Part shown: in pieces, positions 11,440 to 26,557 of the stretch
How the letters are laid out: the number at the start of each line of letters is the position of its first letter
How positions within the stretch are numbered: position 1 is the stretch's first letter
NCBI GenBank assembly: GCA_963702455.1
Contig: CAVPCV010000005.1
Location: forward strand, 82,371 to 146,370
Length of the DNA: 64,000 bases
Source: an uncultured Methanosarcinales archaeon
GTDB taxonomy: Archaea > Halobacteriota > Methanosarcinia > Methanotrichales > Methanotrichaceae
Direction: 5' to 3'
Notes under the pieces: generated by a model
Told to the model about the DNA's origin: nothing
Seen by the model: only the letters and a program-made list of their open reading frames with translations
The model's database searches: none
Position numbers and translations under genes: made by a program

Positions 11440-12026
11440 GTGATCAGAATTCCGGTTTCCCGAATCCTAATTCCAGCCTTTCTTATCCTCATCATAGCCA
11501 CGAGCCCAGCCGCCTCCGCCTACGGCCGCAGCGTGGAAGACCTGGTGGGCGCCTTCTCCATCGAGAAGACCATAAAGATCGGAAGCAGCAGCCAGGATTT
11601 TTCCACGTCGGGAGAGAGCCTCGATCCCCTGAGCCCGCCCCAGAGCTTGGCCTCCGGCCCTCTGGCGGACGACCAGGCCCCCAGCCTGGCGGGCTTCGCC
11701 TTTGAGCCGCAAGAGGTCCGGTCCAACTCCACCCAGCCATAAACCTCACTCTGCATGCCATAGACGACCAGGCCGTCTGGGCAGCAGAGGCCAGGTTCTC
11801 CGGCCCGGCGGGAGAGGAAGCAGTGGCCCTCTTCCCGGCCCAGAACCTCACCTCCGGATCGGCAAAGGATGGAGTCTACAGCGCACAGATGCTCCTGCCT
11901 GCTAATGCTACGGGCGACTGGTACCTGCAGAGCCTGACCCTGGTGGACAGGGAAGGCAACCGGAGAACTCTGGGGCAAAGCGACCTGATGCAGTTGGGAA
12001 TGCCTACACAGATAACGGTGATCTAG
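11440..12026 (+). CDS. Exported hypothetical protein (frameshifted)
   Basis: Signal peptide in ORF 11440-11742; Ig-like C-terminus (GDWYLQSLTLVD.EGN) in ORF 11823-12026. Confidence 0.55.
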
Positions 12027-12266
12027 CGCTGCGTTTCTGTGGTTAATAATCGTAACTTGACAATTAAACACCAGGAGATTTTAACGGAATAAAACCGCAG
12101 AGTCGCAGAGCGCGCGGAGGACGAACGGACGGAGACGACTATTTGCTCAAACCAAATATGTTGTTTCTTTTCCGGTACATAACATCATATTTGGGGTCGT
12201 AAGAGGTCTTCATTTTTATATCCTCAAATATTATTCGTAATATCCCTAAAAATGAACGGATCTGCA

Positions 12267-12722
12267 CTAATCTGCATCGTTAGACTTCAAGAGATCTAAA
12301 AGATCTGCAGTTGTATAAACTTTAGCAGCCTTCTGTCTCTTGAAATGCTTATCATTGGACCATATCGGACAGCAAAGCTGCAATGCCAAAGCCAGAATCG
12401 GTGCATCCTTTTCATCGATCTCCTTCATGGTCTCTGATGCATCTTTTATCTTTTGGCGATATAGATCAAAAGGGGCTATCTCAATTTCTTCCATGATATA
12501 TCTCTCAGAAAATTCAAGTGACAAGGATTGAGAATTTCTCCTTCGTTTTGCTATAATATAACTCCGATATTTTTCTATTTCCTTCAATCCATATTCAGGA
12601 AAATAAATATCGAAAAATTTAGATTTAATCAATCGTGCGTTTATTGAATGATCCTTAAGAAGAGCTGATATAAGGATATTAGTATCGGCTACAATCCTAG
12701 GCTCTTCTTTTCTTCCTTCCAT
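12267..12722 (-). CDS. PIN-domain (VapC-like) toxin
   Basis: IVADTNILISAL, DEKDAPILALAL, IWSNDKHF motifs. Confidence 0.88.
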   Translation of the reverse strand: MEGRKEEPRIVADTNILISALLKDHSINARLIKSKFFDIYFPEYGLKEIEKYRSYIIAKRRRNSQSLSLEFSERYIMEEIEIAPFDLYRQKIKDASETMKEIDEKDAPILALALQLCCPIWSNDKHFKRQKAAKVYTTADLLDLLKSNDAD

Positions 12723-12898
12723 ACCCTCTCCCGCACTTCCTCTAAAGCAAGAAGATCCTCTTTCGCAAGATCCAGATCCTCCACTGCTCTCTCAAATAGC
12801 ACCCATTTGGTTTCTTCTTCTTTAATGAGGTCATTGATCTTCTTCTTTAGGGGCTTCAAGGGCAGGCAATCTGGGATCTCAACCTCAATCACACTCAC
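12689..12898 (-). CDS. Putative antitoxin
   Basis: 69-aa charged ORF overlapping the start of the PIN gene. Confidence 0.7.
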   Translation of the reverse strand: MSVIEVEIPDCLPLKPLKKKINDLIKEEETKWVLFERAVEDLDLAKEDLLALEEVRERVWKEEKKSLGL

Positions 12899-13339
12899 TT
12901 TATCACCACATAGCTATCTATCCTTGTTGTTCATAAACTCTTTCTTGAATTGATCATTCAAGGATCGCAGAATCTTAGTGGTAGATATCGATAGCGACAA
13001 AGGTAAATTTCACGTCTCTGCGAACTCTGCGTCTCTGCGGTTAGTAATCGTAGCTGGATAATCAAACCCTGGTGGTTGCAGAAGAAAACCGCAGAGTCGC
13101 AGAGCGAACGGAGGATGGACGAACTGAGACGACTATTATCCAGGAAGCAATTTGACGAGCTTTTAGGATACTGAAAAAAAGGAAATTTCACATCTTTTGC
13201 GAACTCTGTGCCTTTGTGGTTCGATTCCGTAACCTCTGGCTTAATTATTGCAAGCCACTCCAACAAACCACATAGGCCAGAGAGATATAGAGATAATGGA
13301 ACAACTGATTCGCCACACAATATCGCCACCATAGCGCGC

Positions 13340-13753
13340 CTACTCGCCCATGATCTGCAGGACAACCTTCCGCTGCCGCGGTCGGTTATCCAGCTCCAGG
13401 AAAACGATCTGCTGCCATGTGCCCAGCATCAGCCGCCCCTCGCAAAAGGGCACCACGAGGCTGGGCCCCAGGAGCGAGGCGCGAATGTGGGAGTGACCGT
13501 TGCCGTCATGCCACCGCTCGTTGTGAGCGTACTCGATCTCCTCTGGGGCGGTCCTCTGCAGGGCATCGGCAAGATCCGCCACCAGCCCGTCCTCGTACTC
13601 GATGGTGGTGATAGCCCCCGTGGCTCCGGGGACAAAGACTGTGACCACCCCTGTTTTGAGGGGTACTCTCTCCAGCGCCTCCTGCACTTCATCCGTTAAA
13701 TTTCTCACTTCACCGCTCAGCGTTTCAAACTCCATGTATCTGGTTACGATCAA
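13340..13753 (-). CDS. YjbQ/UPF0047 family protein
   Basis: NGHSHIRASLLG, LGTWQQIVFLELD; TTG start after GGAGCTGA. Confidence 0.9.
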   Translation of the reverse strand: MIVTRYMEFETLSGEVRNLTDEVQEALERVPLKTGVVTVFVPGATGAITTIEYEDGLVADLADALQRTAPEEIEYAHNERWHDGNGHSHIRASLLGPSLVVPFCEGRLMLGTWQQIVFLELDNRPRQRKVVLQIMGE

Positions 13754-13958
13754 TGTATCAGCTCCGGGCTCCAAAGTATTTCTCTCGTCGTCGTTTCTCA
13801 TTGATAGCTTCAAGCTTTCTGGATATCGATAAGAGATTGCCGCGGATGCAAAAGAATGGGCTTGCGATATGACGACTCCGGACAACCGAGGATTGAAAGC
13901 TTGAAATAGTTTAGGGACACAAATACTATTAGCTTAATTGCGACTCAGTCTGCCCCAC

Positions 13959-14054
13959 CATACGAACTTCGGCCAGGCTTTTCCTGAGCCTTCGGGCCTT
14001 CATCAAGTCACGAATAATGGACTGACTTTATGCGCCGGTGCATAACTTCGTATG
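13959..14054. ncRNA. Candidate structured element (four-way junction)
   Basis: Closing stem CATACGAA/TTCGTATG encloses GGCC-AGGCT..AGCCT-GGCC, AGTCA..TGACT and TTATGC..GCATAA hairpins; no family recognised. Confidence 0.45.
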
Positions 14055-14117
14055 ACACTCACATAAAAGTGGTCTTCTAATACTAAGCCCGTCGTAGTAT
14101 GGTGCAGAGGGATCTTA

Positions 14118-14432
14118 ATTAAAGCAATTAAACTTTTATTGACAGTTCTGGTATTAGGACTGCTGGTAGCAACGGTAGCTGCGAATAAGCCATATCCACA
14201 CGACGTATGTCATGACTGCGGATATTATCCCGCGTATGATCACTACTATAGCTACTCTTGGTATTACCCAACGTATATGTATGCATACTATCCAACGTAT
14301 ACGTATTCATATTATCCAACGTATACATATCCTTGCGACTATAGCTTCGGGTGTTATCCTGCGTACACATATCCGGCATACCCATACTCAAACTATTATT
14401 ACGGCAACTACTGGTATTATTCAATGTACTGA
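14118..14432 (+). CDS. Secreted tyrosine-rich repeat peptide
   Basis: Signal peptide (KAIKLLLTVLVLGLLVATVAA), then ~32 Tyr in 82 residues with YYPTYxY repeats; start ATT 14118 or TTG 14139. Confidence 0.75.
   Translation: MKAIKLLLTVLVLGLLVATVAANKPYPHDVCHDCGYYPAYDHYYSYSWYYPTYMYAYYPTYTYSYYPTYTYPCDYSFGCYPAYTYPAYPYSNYYYGNYWYYSMY
14262..14333 (+). repeat. 3 x 24-bp imperfect tandem repeat encoding YYPTY[MT]Y[ASP]
   Basis: tattacccaacgtatatgtatgca / tactatccaacgtatacgtattca / tattatccaacgtatacatatcct. Confidence 0.85.
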
Positions 14433-14627
14433 TAATTGAATGGGATTCAATCTAATCATTTTTCCCGGACTGCCACCAGCTTTACTCTCGTCTCTCAAAT
14501 GTTGCTAAAGTAACAATAGATCTTCACTTGTCTGTTATTGAAATCATCTCTACCTCCAATTACCTATAACGATATCGCCCGCGTTCATTGCCATCACGTT
14601 ATTGCGGCGACTTTTCCATAGTGGGAA

Positions 14628-16377
14628 TTAGCCCTTCTGTCCCACTACATGCCTTATCTCCACTGCCACGCCTCTGCGGGATGCCTTCATCTCCCAGCCC
14701 GACATCCTGGCCCGACCGACACCAAAGGCTTTCTCTCCCGCAACTATCACCTCGTCTCCCGGCCGGATCTGCTCGTCGGCGTCTACCACTCCGGGCGCCA
14801 GCAGTGAGCCTTTGGGCAGGAAGTCGCCTATCTTGACCAAGTAACACCCCAGAGGCTCCAGACGCTTTGCTCCTGCCAGGGAGAGGGCGATGGTTCCATT
14901 GGGGGTTGTCGCGGCCAGCTGCCGTTTCATCTCGTCCTGGATCTCTCTGCCTTTCACTATGATCTTTCCGGCCAAGAGAGCGTCGCCTGCGCCCGGCCCG
15001 AAGTAGAAGTCCGCGTGGGCCCGGTAGCGCAGGAGGCGAAGGTCGGGCAGACGCGTGGCATCGCGGCAGGCCTCAGCTACAGCATTCGCCAGCGCCTGCA
15101 GGGCCTGGCTGTTGGTCCCGCCGCCTGTGTAGACTGCCTCCAGGCCGGAGTCCTTCACGGCCTGCTCCAGCTCTCCCTCCAGGTGGGCCACGATTCTGGC
15201 GTACCTGTTCTTCTTGAGGTAGGCCTCCAAACACCCGGTCAGCCACGCTCTCTCCTCCAGGTCCCAGCGGCCGGTGACGGGAACATCGTAGCTGGCTGCG
15301 GGATAAGCCTCCTCCAGCTCGCGCGGCACCAGAGCCAGGGGTGAGGTCAGTATCAGCTCGTGCAGATAGCGGCGACTGAGATCCGATGGCCTCCGCAAAG
15401 AGCCGGTGCGATCGGGAGGTGGAGTAAGGCTTTCTGGCAGAGCAGGGCAGCAGCAGCAAGACGTCGCTTTGGGGAGCCTGGTATCGGTTAATTACCCTCT
15501 CGGCAAAGCGGGTGACCTCCACGCGCTGCAGCGATTCGGCGTAGTTGGCATAGAAGGTGCTTCTTCTGCTCTGGGGCGTTCTCTTCTCCAGGTACTGGTG
15601 CTCCGCGTCCAGCAGCCGCAGGGCTGCAGTCTGATCTGGTGTCACTCGCACCTGTCGTTCAATGTATTCACGAGACGTCTCGGAGCGAATCGCCTCTCGA
15701 ACCGCCAGCAATTCCTCCTCCTGCTTCTGGAGGTTGTGAGCAATCAGGTGTTTCGTCTCGCGGCCACTCTCATTCATCTTCCGGCAGTGCGGGCAGAGGC
15801 AGGGCAGCTCATTGAGTTCGCTTAAAATCCGCATTCCATCGCGGGTATGGTAGCGGCCCAGGAGTCCATCGGCCACCATGCGGGTTCTGTCCAGAAGATC
15901 GATTCCCAGGTAAACCAGCAGGGCCAGATTGGCAGGCGTGGCGAGAGCTGGAGCATAAAGAGCAGTATCAGGCGGGGTCGAATTCCTTACGTTGACCACG
16001 GCCTTCACCAGGTCTCTTGGGTTTTTGATGGTTCCGGCCTTGCCAAGCAAGTAAACGTCCGCATTTTCAGGCTTTCTTTCGCTGAAGGGGTGGACTACAA
16101 CGCCCTTGGGGCCATCGATCTCCATTGGAGGCAGCTCCAGGGCCGGATCGGAATGCAAAGCTGCGGGAACGTACGGCATGATGGTCAGCTTCTTCTGGCC
16201 CAATAATCCCTCCTGGGCCGATACGGCTTCATCCACAGAGGCATAGCCAAAGATGCTGCCAACTGTTACATAATCGTCGCCAGTGATAAAACCGGGTGTG
16301 CTGATCGATCTCTCCAGGAGCAGCTTTCCCATGCGGGACGGGCCGTCACGCCGGAGAACCTCGAAGTACTTGGTCAT
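14628..16377 (-). CDS. arcS: Archaeosine synthase subunit alpha (TGT-like plus PUA domain); frameshift near 15385
   Basis: LLPCSARKPYS.SRSH, TSPLALVPRELE, C-terminal PUA (APGVVDAD..IRPGDEV). Confidence 0.88.
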
Positions 16378-16630
16378 AGTTATGCACCTTGCGGCTCATG
16401 AATGCCGGAATGTCTCGGATGGCAGGCGGAAGTCTTCATATCACCAACCATTTATGACATAATCCTATAAAAAGAAGCTTTGCGTCGATGACGATCTGGA
16501 TCGTCGGTGATCAAGACCGCTCCTTTTTATTACTATCGATTTTAGGACAGGAAAACTTGGCGACATACGAGGCATCGAATCAAACTGCCATCGGAAGGTT
16601 CAACAATAAAAAGTGACTAATTATCCCCTC

Positions 16631-16900
16631 ATGTCGGAGTTGAACGCGGAGATCTCCTACCGAAACGCTTGGCTGAAGACGTGCACGCTCAGGTTGGAAG
16701 CAGGATGGTTTCCTGACCTCAACAGTCTGGTTGTAGAAGCTGTGCGTCGGTACCTGGAGACTCATCATGGGGAGCTGAAGGAGCAGCTCATACGTCAGTA
16801 TGTGGCGTAGGGTCTCCACGGCGCTGACTGATGCTGTATTGGATTCCGGACCGCCAATTCACCTTGCTGAACTCGATGCCCAACCAGCCGTACTGTTGCA
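16631..16900 (+). pseudogene. Decayed antitoxin (RHH-like) plus PIN toxin fragment
   Basis: GWFPDLNSLVVEAVRRYLE..QYVA*GLHGAD followed by VLDSGPPIHLAELD, which is then truncated. Confidence 0.55.
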
Positions 16901-17016
16901 TTTTGGAGGCGTTGAGTCTTATGGAGCTCTATCAGGCCCTATCTTCTGATTGAGATACTTTCTTCTCTTGCCGAAGAATGGCAGGTATAACAGCTCACTT
17001 TTGCTTTAAGCGTTCT

Positions 17017-18424
17017 TCAAAATCGCTGAATCTTGAGCCTGAAGGTAAACCTGGCCTCGGGATTGGCCTTGATAAGCTCTTTTGTGATCTTCACAGCCTG
17101 ATCTATTGCCGCGTCATCTGCATCCTCCGGAACCTCGGCATTGAAGGGATAGGTCTCAGAGAGCTCTGCCGGATAAGGCCCGAAAGGCGGCTTGAAGTTC
17201 AGCACATGGTCATAGCCGGCTTTGTCCGCATCGGGATCATCGGTGATCAGGACATTGCCCTGCAAACAGATGCGTTCGACTCTCCTGGCATAGCGGATAA
17301 CCTCCGGCCGGGAGGCAGACTCCGGGCTCAGATAGAAGAAGGTGGACTTGCTGGCCGAATCCAGGCCTTCCAGCCATTTTCCCTGACCGCAAAGCCTTTT
17401 CAAGCCGTCCAGCATGCGCGGGTGCGACCGGCAGCGCGTCTCCAGAAGATCCCAGAGCGACCCCTCGCGAATGCTCTGCTTGACCAGCCGAATCTCCTGC
17501 AGCGAGACGTAGAGATTGTGCCTGGCCAGATCTCTGGTCTTATGGGGGCTGTCCATCAGCTCCTGGTAGGGTATGCGCCTGGCAGACGGGGCAGGAGCAG
17601 GGAAGGTACTTCATCTCCTCCAGTTTCCAGGTCCCGCGCACAGTCAGGTATCTGTCCTGGCGGGCGTAGAGGGCATAAGCCGCAGAATCAAATAAGTCGC
17701 AGCCCATGGCGGCAGCCAGGGCAAAGATCATGGGATGTCCGGCCCCGAAAAGATGGACTGGCACGCCAGAGCCCAGCCCCTTCTTGGCGGCTACTACCAC
17801 ATCTACCAGATCTCTGTACCTGTAAGCCTCCATGAGGGGCACCACTCCGCCCACGGGATAAACATCGAAATTAAGGTCGCGGGCAAACCTGCCTGCTCTT
17901 TCCCTGAGATCGGGATAGGTCGAGCCCTGAATGGGGCCGGCGAGAAGTGCGGATCGATCCGCGGCGGCTGCGGCCTCTTGCAGCCGTTTCTCTGTTATTT
18001 GCAGCTCGGATTCTGCCCTATCCCTGGCAACATCGGGCGGAGTCGGTATGTCGAGGGGCACAGAGATGTCCGATTTTATGGCGAATTGAAAATCCAGGAT
18101 CTCCAGGGGCTGGACATCGATGTCTCCATAGACCGAGAGCTGGAAGGCGCCGGAGTCGGTCATTATCGGACCCTGGAAGCCCAGGAGATCATGCAGTCCG
18201 CGCTCTATGGCCTGGTTTTTCAGGTCCGGGTCCTGGTTAATTATGTAGCTATTGGTGATGATCATATCCGCGCCTATCTCAGCCAGCTCTCCTGGCGGAA
18301 TGAGGGGAAGGTGGGGATTGACCACGGGCATGAGCAGAGGTGTCTCAACGGTGCCGTGAGGTGTGGAAAGCCGGCCGATCCTTCCGGCCAGATCTTTGTG
18401 CAGTATCTCGAAGCGGTCCGGCAT
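17017..18424 (-). CDS. tgtA: Archaeal tRNA-guanine(15) transglycosylase; frameshift near 17555
   Basis: [38 protein letters not shown] motifs. Confidence 0.92.
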
Positions 18425-18507
18425 AAGCCCACCTTCACCAATAAGGAATAAATAGGTTGGGTCAGATTTCCCGAGAGAGGAAACTGAATAAAACGGGATG
18501 TATTAAT

Positions 18508-18995
18508 ATGAAAACGATAGCAACATTAATAGCACTGACCTGCTTATTGGGCGTTGCCGGTGCCTCCATGGGCGAGGGATACAGCTCCAGCCAGCTGGCT
18601 TTCTTCAATGCACCAAGCGCATCGACCTTTGAACCCAATGTCCAGCAGTACTGGGGATCCTATATTGCGAATACGCAAAATATGAGCCGAGGCAGTGGGA
18701 CATCTGATATGGACCTCTTTATGAACACCTTCCCCCTGCTATTCGACACGCCATTGCAGCTTGGTGCAACGAGCTTCGCCGGCAATGTTTCAGCTCCGGC
18801 TCTCAGCATAGCCGAAAGAAACAGCCAGGATCTGACAAGTAGTGTCAACAAGGGTCTTCAGCGCCAATCAGGTCATCGTCATCCCCTGCCAAGAGCGGAA
18901 GCTTGACCACAACCAACGGCACCGGCACGCCCGCTGCGGATGCAACAGGAAAGATACTCTCCCAGAATATCATGACCTTCAAATTCAACGTCTGA
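18508..18995 (+). CDS. Exported hypothetical protein (frameshift near 18860)
   Basis: Signal peptide MKTIATLIALTCLLGVAGA; Ser/Thr/Asn-rich mature part. Confidence 0.6.
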
Positions 18996-19048
18996 AGTGC
19001 ATTATATCTGAAAAATAATTCAAGAAAGCTCTGCCGTCATTGGCAGAG

Positions 19049-21008
19049 CTACTTGTCTTTCTCTGTCGCTTTCTTTCTCTTTACTGTGAAAGGCAACAGA
19101 CCGCCTGCCAGGAGAATATCCCTCTGGCGTTTGGAGAGGTTCACTAACAGGCTTATTTCTCTATTTCCGGCCAGCGCCCGGACGCTTTCTTCGCCCTTCT
19201 CCAGAGAGCTGCGGATGCCTGGTATCCGAACCTCTGTTTTTTCCGGCAGCAAATCCCAGTCCGAATCCTTGGCAAAGGTGAAGGGCACTATGCCGAAGTT
19301 AACCAGATTGGCGGCATGTATCCTCTCTATGGATTTGGCGAATACGCCTTTCACTCCCAGGTACATGGGACACAGCGCGGCATGCTCCCTGGAAGAGCCC
19401 TGGCCGTAGCTAAGACCTGCAACGATCAGGTTATGGGTGCCCTGATCTCTAAAGGAGGATGCCCGGCGGCAGAACTCTTTATCCAGAGGCTCAAAGACGA
19501 ATTCTGAGTATTTGGGAACATTGGACCTGTATTTGAGGCGAGAGCCGGCGGGCATGATGTGGTCTGTGGTCACCAGATCTCCAACTCTTATGGCGACAAT
19601 TCCCTTGATCTCCTCTGGCAGTGGGCCGTTGACAGGAGGCTCTCCAATGTTGGGGCCGCGACAGATCTTTATTTCGGCTCTTTCTGCCGCCGGAAGCGGT
19701 GGGATGATCATGCGGTCATCGATCTCAAAATGATCCGGCATCTCTATCTCTTGGAAAATCCATTCCCAGGTCTCTTGGGTCCATCAGCTTGCCAGTGATT
19801 GCTGATGCGGCGGCGACGACGGGGCTGGTCAGGTAGACGTTGGCGCTGGGAGTGCCGGATCGACCCTGAAAGTTGCGGTTGCTGGTGCGAACTGAGACCG
19901 AGTCCGTGCAGGGCGACATGCTGTTGCCGATACAAAAACCGCAGGATGACTCCAGTATCCTGGCTCCAAATGCTATGAGATCGCTCAGAGCGCCGTTCCT
20001 GGCAATGGCGCTCAGCACCTGCCGGGAGCCGGGCGCGATGCCCAGAGATACTCCTGGGGGAAGAGTCTTGCCTTTCACCATTCTCGCCACTGTCATGAGA
20101 TCCACGTAAGAGGAGTTGGTGCAGGAGCCTATCATCACCTGATCCACGGGCAGATTGAGATCTCTGATCCTGGCGATGTTTCCCGGGCTGTGGGGGGTGG
20201 CCGCGAGAGGCTCGACTTCAGCCAGGTCGATCTCAATGGTGCGATCATAGGATGCATCCTCATCCGCTGCCAGAGCAATCCATTGCTCGCCTCTTCCCTG
20301 TGCTTCCAGGAACCTCTTGGTCTGCAGGTCGCTGGGAAATATGGATGTCGTCACGCCCGTCTCTGCACCCATATTGGTGATGGTTGCTCTCTCCGGCACA
20401 GTCAGCCTGGCTATGCCTTCTCCGGTGTATTCGCAGACGCAGCCAACGTTACCCTTTGTACTCAGGATTTGGAGGACCTTGAGAGCCACATCTTTGGCTG
20501 TGGTCCAGGGCTGCAGTTCGCCTGTGAGGTGAACATTGATCACGCGAGGTGCGGTGAGGTAGTATGCGCCGCCTCCCATGGCCACGGCTACATCGAGCCC
20601 TCCTGCACCCATGGCCAGGGAGCCTACGCCTCCTGCGGTGGGCGTATGGCTGTCCGAGCCGAGCAGAGTCTTGCCGGGTCTCGCGAATCTCTCCAGGTGG
20701 ACCTGATGGCAAATGCCGTTTCCAGGTCGCGAGAAGTAGATGCCATACTTTTTCGCGATGGATTCCAGGTAGGCGTGATCGTCTGCGTTCTCGTATCCCA
20801 CCTGGATGGTATTGTGATCAACGTAGCTGACGGAAAGCTCGGTAGCGATATCGGACAGCCCCATGGACTCGAACTGAAGATAGGCCATGGTGCCCGTTGC
20901 GTCCTGGGTGAGGGTCTGGTCTATCTTTATGCCGATCTCTTTGCCGATCTCGTAGGAACCATCCGCGAGGTGCTCCCTCAGGATTTTCTCAGTCAAGGTG
21001 TAACCCAT
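19049..21008 (-). CDS. Aconitate hydratase; frameshift near 19740
   Basis: QDATG, DSHT, GSCTNSS, CGFCIG, TTDHI, GQGSSREHA motifs. Confidence 0.92.
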
Positions 21009-21148
21009 AAAAGACCTCCAGCAGGCATATTAATCCTGGATTATTAATCCTGAATCTCGGTTATGATCATATTAAAACTCAAGCGATATGAGATGATCTG
21101 TTTCTTATCTCGCTATTTCGTCCGAGATGAAGTGCGAACCTGTAGAGC

Positions 21149-21163
21149 AAAAAGGTTATATAC
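21149..21163 (+). promoter_or_regulatory. BRE/TATA promoter of the rRNA operon (second candidate near 21307-21319)
   Basis: AAAAAGGTTATATA and AAAAGCTTAAATA upstream of 16S. Confidence 0.55.
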
Positions 21164-21527
21164 GTCTGAGTTATTGGATGGGTTCGGCCCGCCTGGAAGG
21201 GTGTGGCAACGGGTCCTGTAGATAGTGATTATAGGGCCTTAGTATACATCGGTTCGAGGAAGCCAGGGTTTCTCTCTTCTTCCCAGAAATGGGATGGGAG
21301 GAGGGAAAAGCTTAAATACCTCGGCTGACAACCTTAATGGGCCGATGAGGCGTCGCAACACAAAGGCTACGACCCCGATTTGATGAAGGGCCGAGTTCCA
21401 AGTTGCGATATATGATATAGAACAGAATATGGAGACGCGAGTTTTTTCGTGTCTGACATTGGTCTTGGCGACTCAGCCAATTCCGATTGGTTCGGAATAA
21501 CATATTAAGTAATATACTTCCTAGAGA

Positions 21528-22998
<1,471 letters not shown>

Positions 22999-23169
22999 AA
23001 AGTTATTGACATGCAAAAGCATGTCTCCCCGTGCCAATCGGTCCTCTGATCCGCAAGGGTCAGGGGGAGCTACGGCGCAAGCCATAGTAAGCTGAAAATG
23101 TCGACCGAGACCAAGAAAAGCAAACCAAGTAGCCAGCTTATTCATAATCATTAGCTGGGCCTGGATTTA

Positions 23170-23242
23170 GGGCTTGTAGCTCAGCTGGTAGAGCGCCGCC
23201 TTTGCAAGGCGGAGGCCCTGGGTCCGAATCCCAGCAAGTCCA
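23170..23242 (+). tRNA. tRNA-Ala(UGC)
   Basis: GGGCTTGTAGCTCAGCTGGTAGAGC-CCGCC-TTTGCAA-GGCGG...CAAGTCCA in the 16S-23S spacer. Confidence 0.97.
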
Positions 23243-23370
23243 TTGAATCAATGCACACATTGAGGTCGACTCGATGTGGAAGGGTGGAGGTCCGTCCTCG
23301 CAAGAGGATCGGTCCAAAGACACCATGCACAAGCTTTGCGACCAGACGCTCACTGAGTTTAGTGGGGCAT

Positions 23371-26267
<2,897 letters not shown>

Positions 26268-26430
26268 CCGCTAAACTCGGGCGAAATCTGGTCGCAAAGC
26301 TATAGCATGAAAAACAATTGCCATGGTCCCTTCCTCAAGGGGAAGGAACGTAAATCCGGCTCGAAACCGGAACCACGGAATAGTTTCGACTCTGTCGAAA
26401 CTCACGTTAACTCTGCGGAGTTAACGAGAC

Positions 26431-26557
26431 GAGCATGGCGGCCATAGCGGCAGGGAAACTCCTGAACCCTTTCCGAACTCAGAAGATAAGCCTGCCCACG
26501 TTCTGTACTGTACTCAGATGCGCGAGCTCTCGGGAAATACAGATCGCTGCCTTGCTC
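26431..26557 (+). rRNA. rrf: 5S rRNA
   Basis: GGCGGCCATAGCGG..CCGAAC..GCTGCC with terminal stem GAGCA/TGCTC. Confidence 0.95.

Larger units (their letters stand above)
12029..13221. repeat. Tandem array of inverted-repeat-bounded (MITE/REP-like) units
   Basis: Left ends AACCGCAGAGTCGCAGAG at 12093 and 13087; right ends resembling CTCTGCGTCTCTGCGGTT ending at 12044, 13042 and 13221; 12029-12143 and 13027-13137 form an ~110-bp direct repeat. Confidence 0.85.

Noticed and set aside
12029..13221. CRISPR array
   Set aside because: Repeats are long, alternate in orientation, have irregular spacing and no cas genes are present
13966..14010. Hammerhead ribozyme on the minus strand (UUGAUGA..GGCC..GGCC-GAAG)
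   Set aside because: Core deviates (U3, extra A, GAAG instead of GAAA) and a hairpin occupies the cleavage-site position
14042..14053. ATAACTTCGTAT, matching 12 of 13 bases of a loxP arm
   Set aside because: No second arm at 8-bp spacing; it is part of the stem of the 13959-14054 structure
14205..14222. CHDC as a c-type heme-binding site
   Set aside because: The motif is CxxCG, not CxxCH
16808..16810. In-frame TAG as pyrrolysine readthrough (also at 63652)
   Set aside because: Both lie in decayed TA genes with other lesions; no pyl genes in the window
23222..23230. tRNA-Ala T loop TCCGAAT instead of TTCGAAT
   Set aside because: A single-base variant that cannot be told apart from lineage variation or error here
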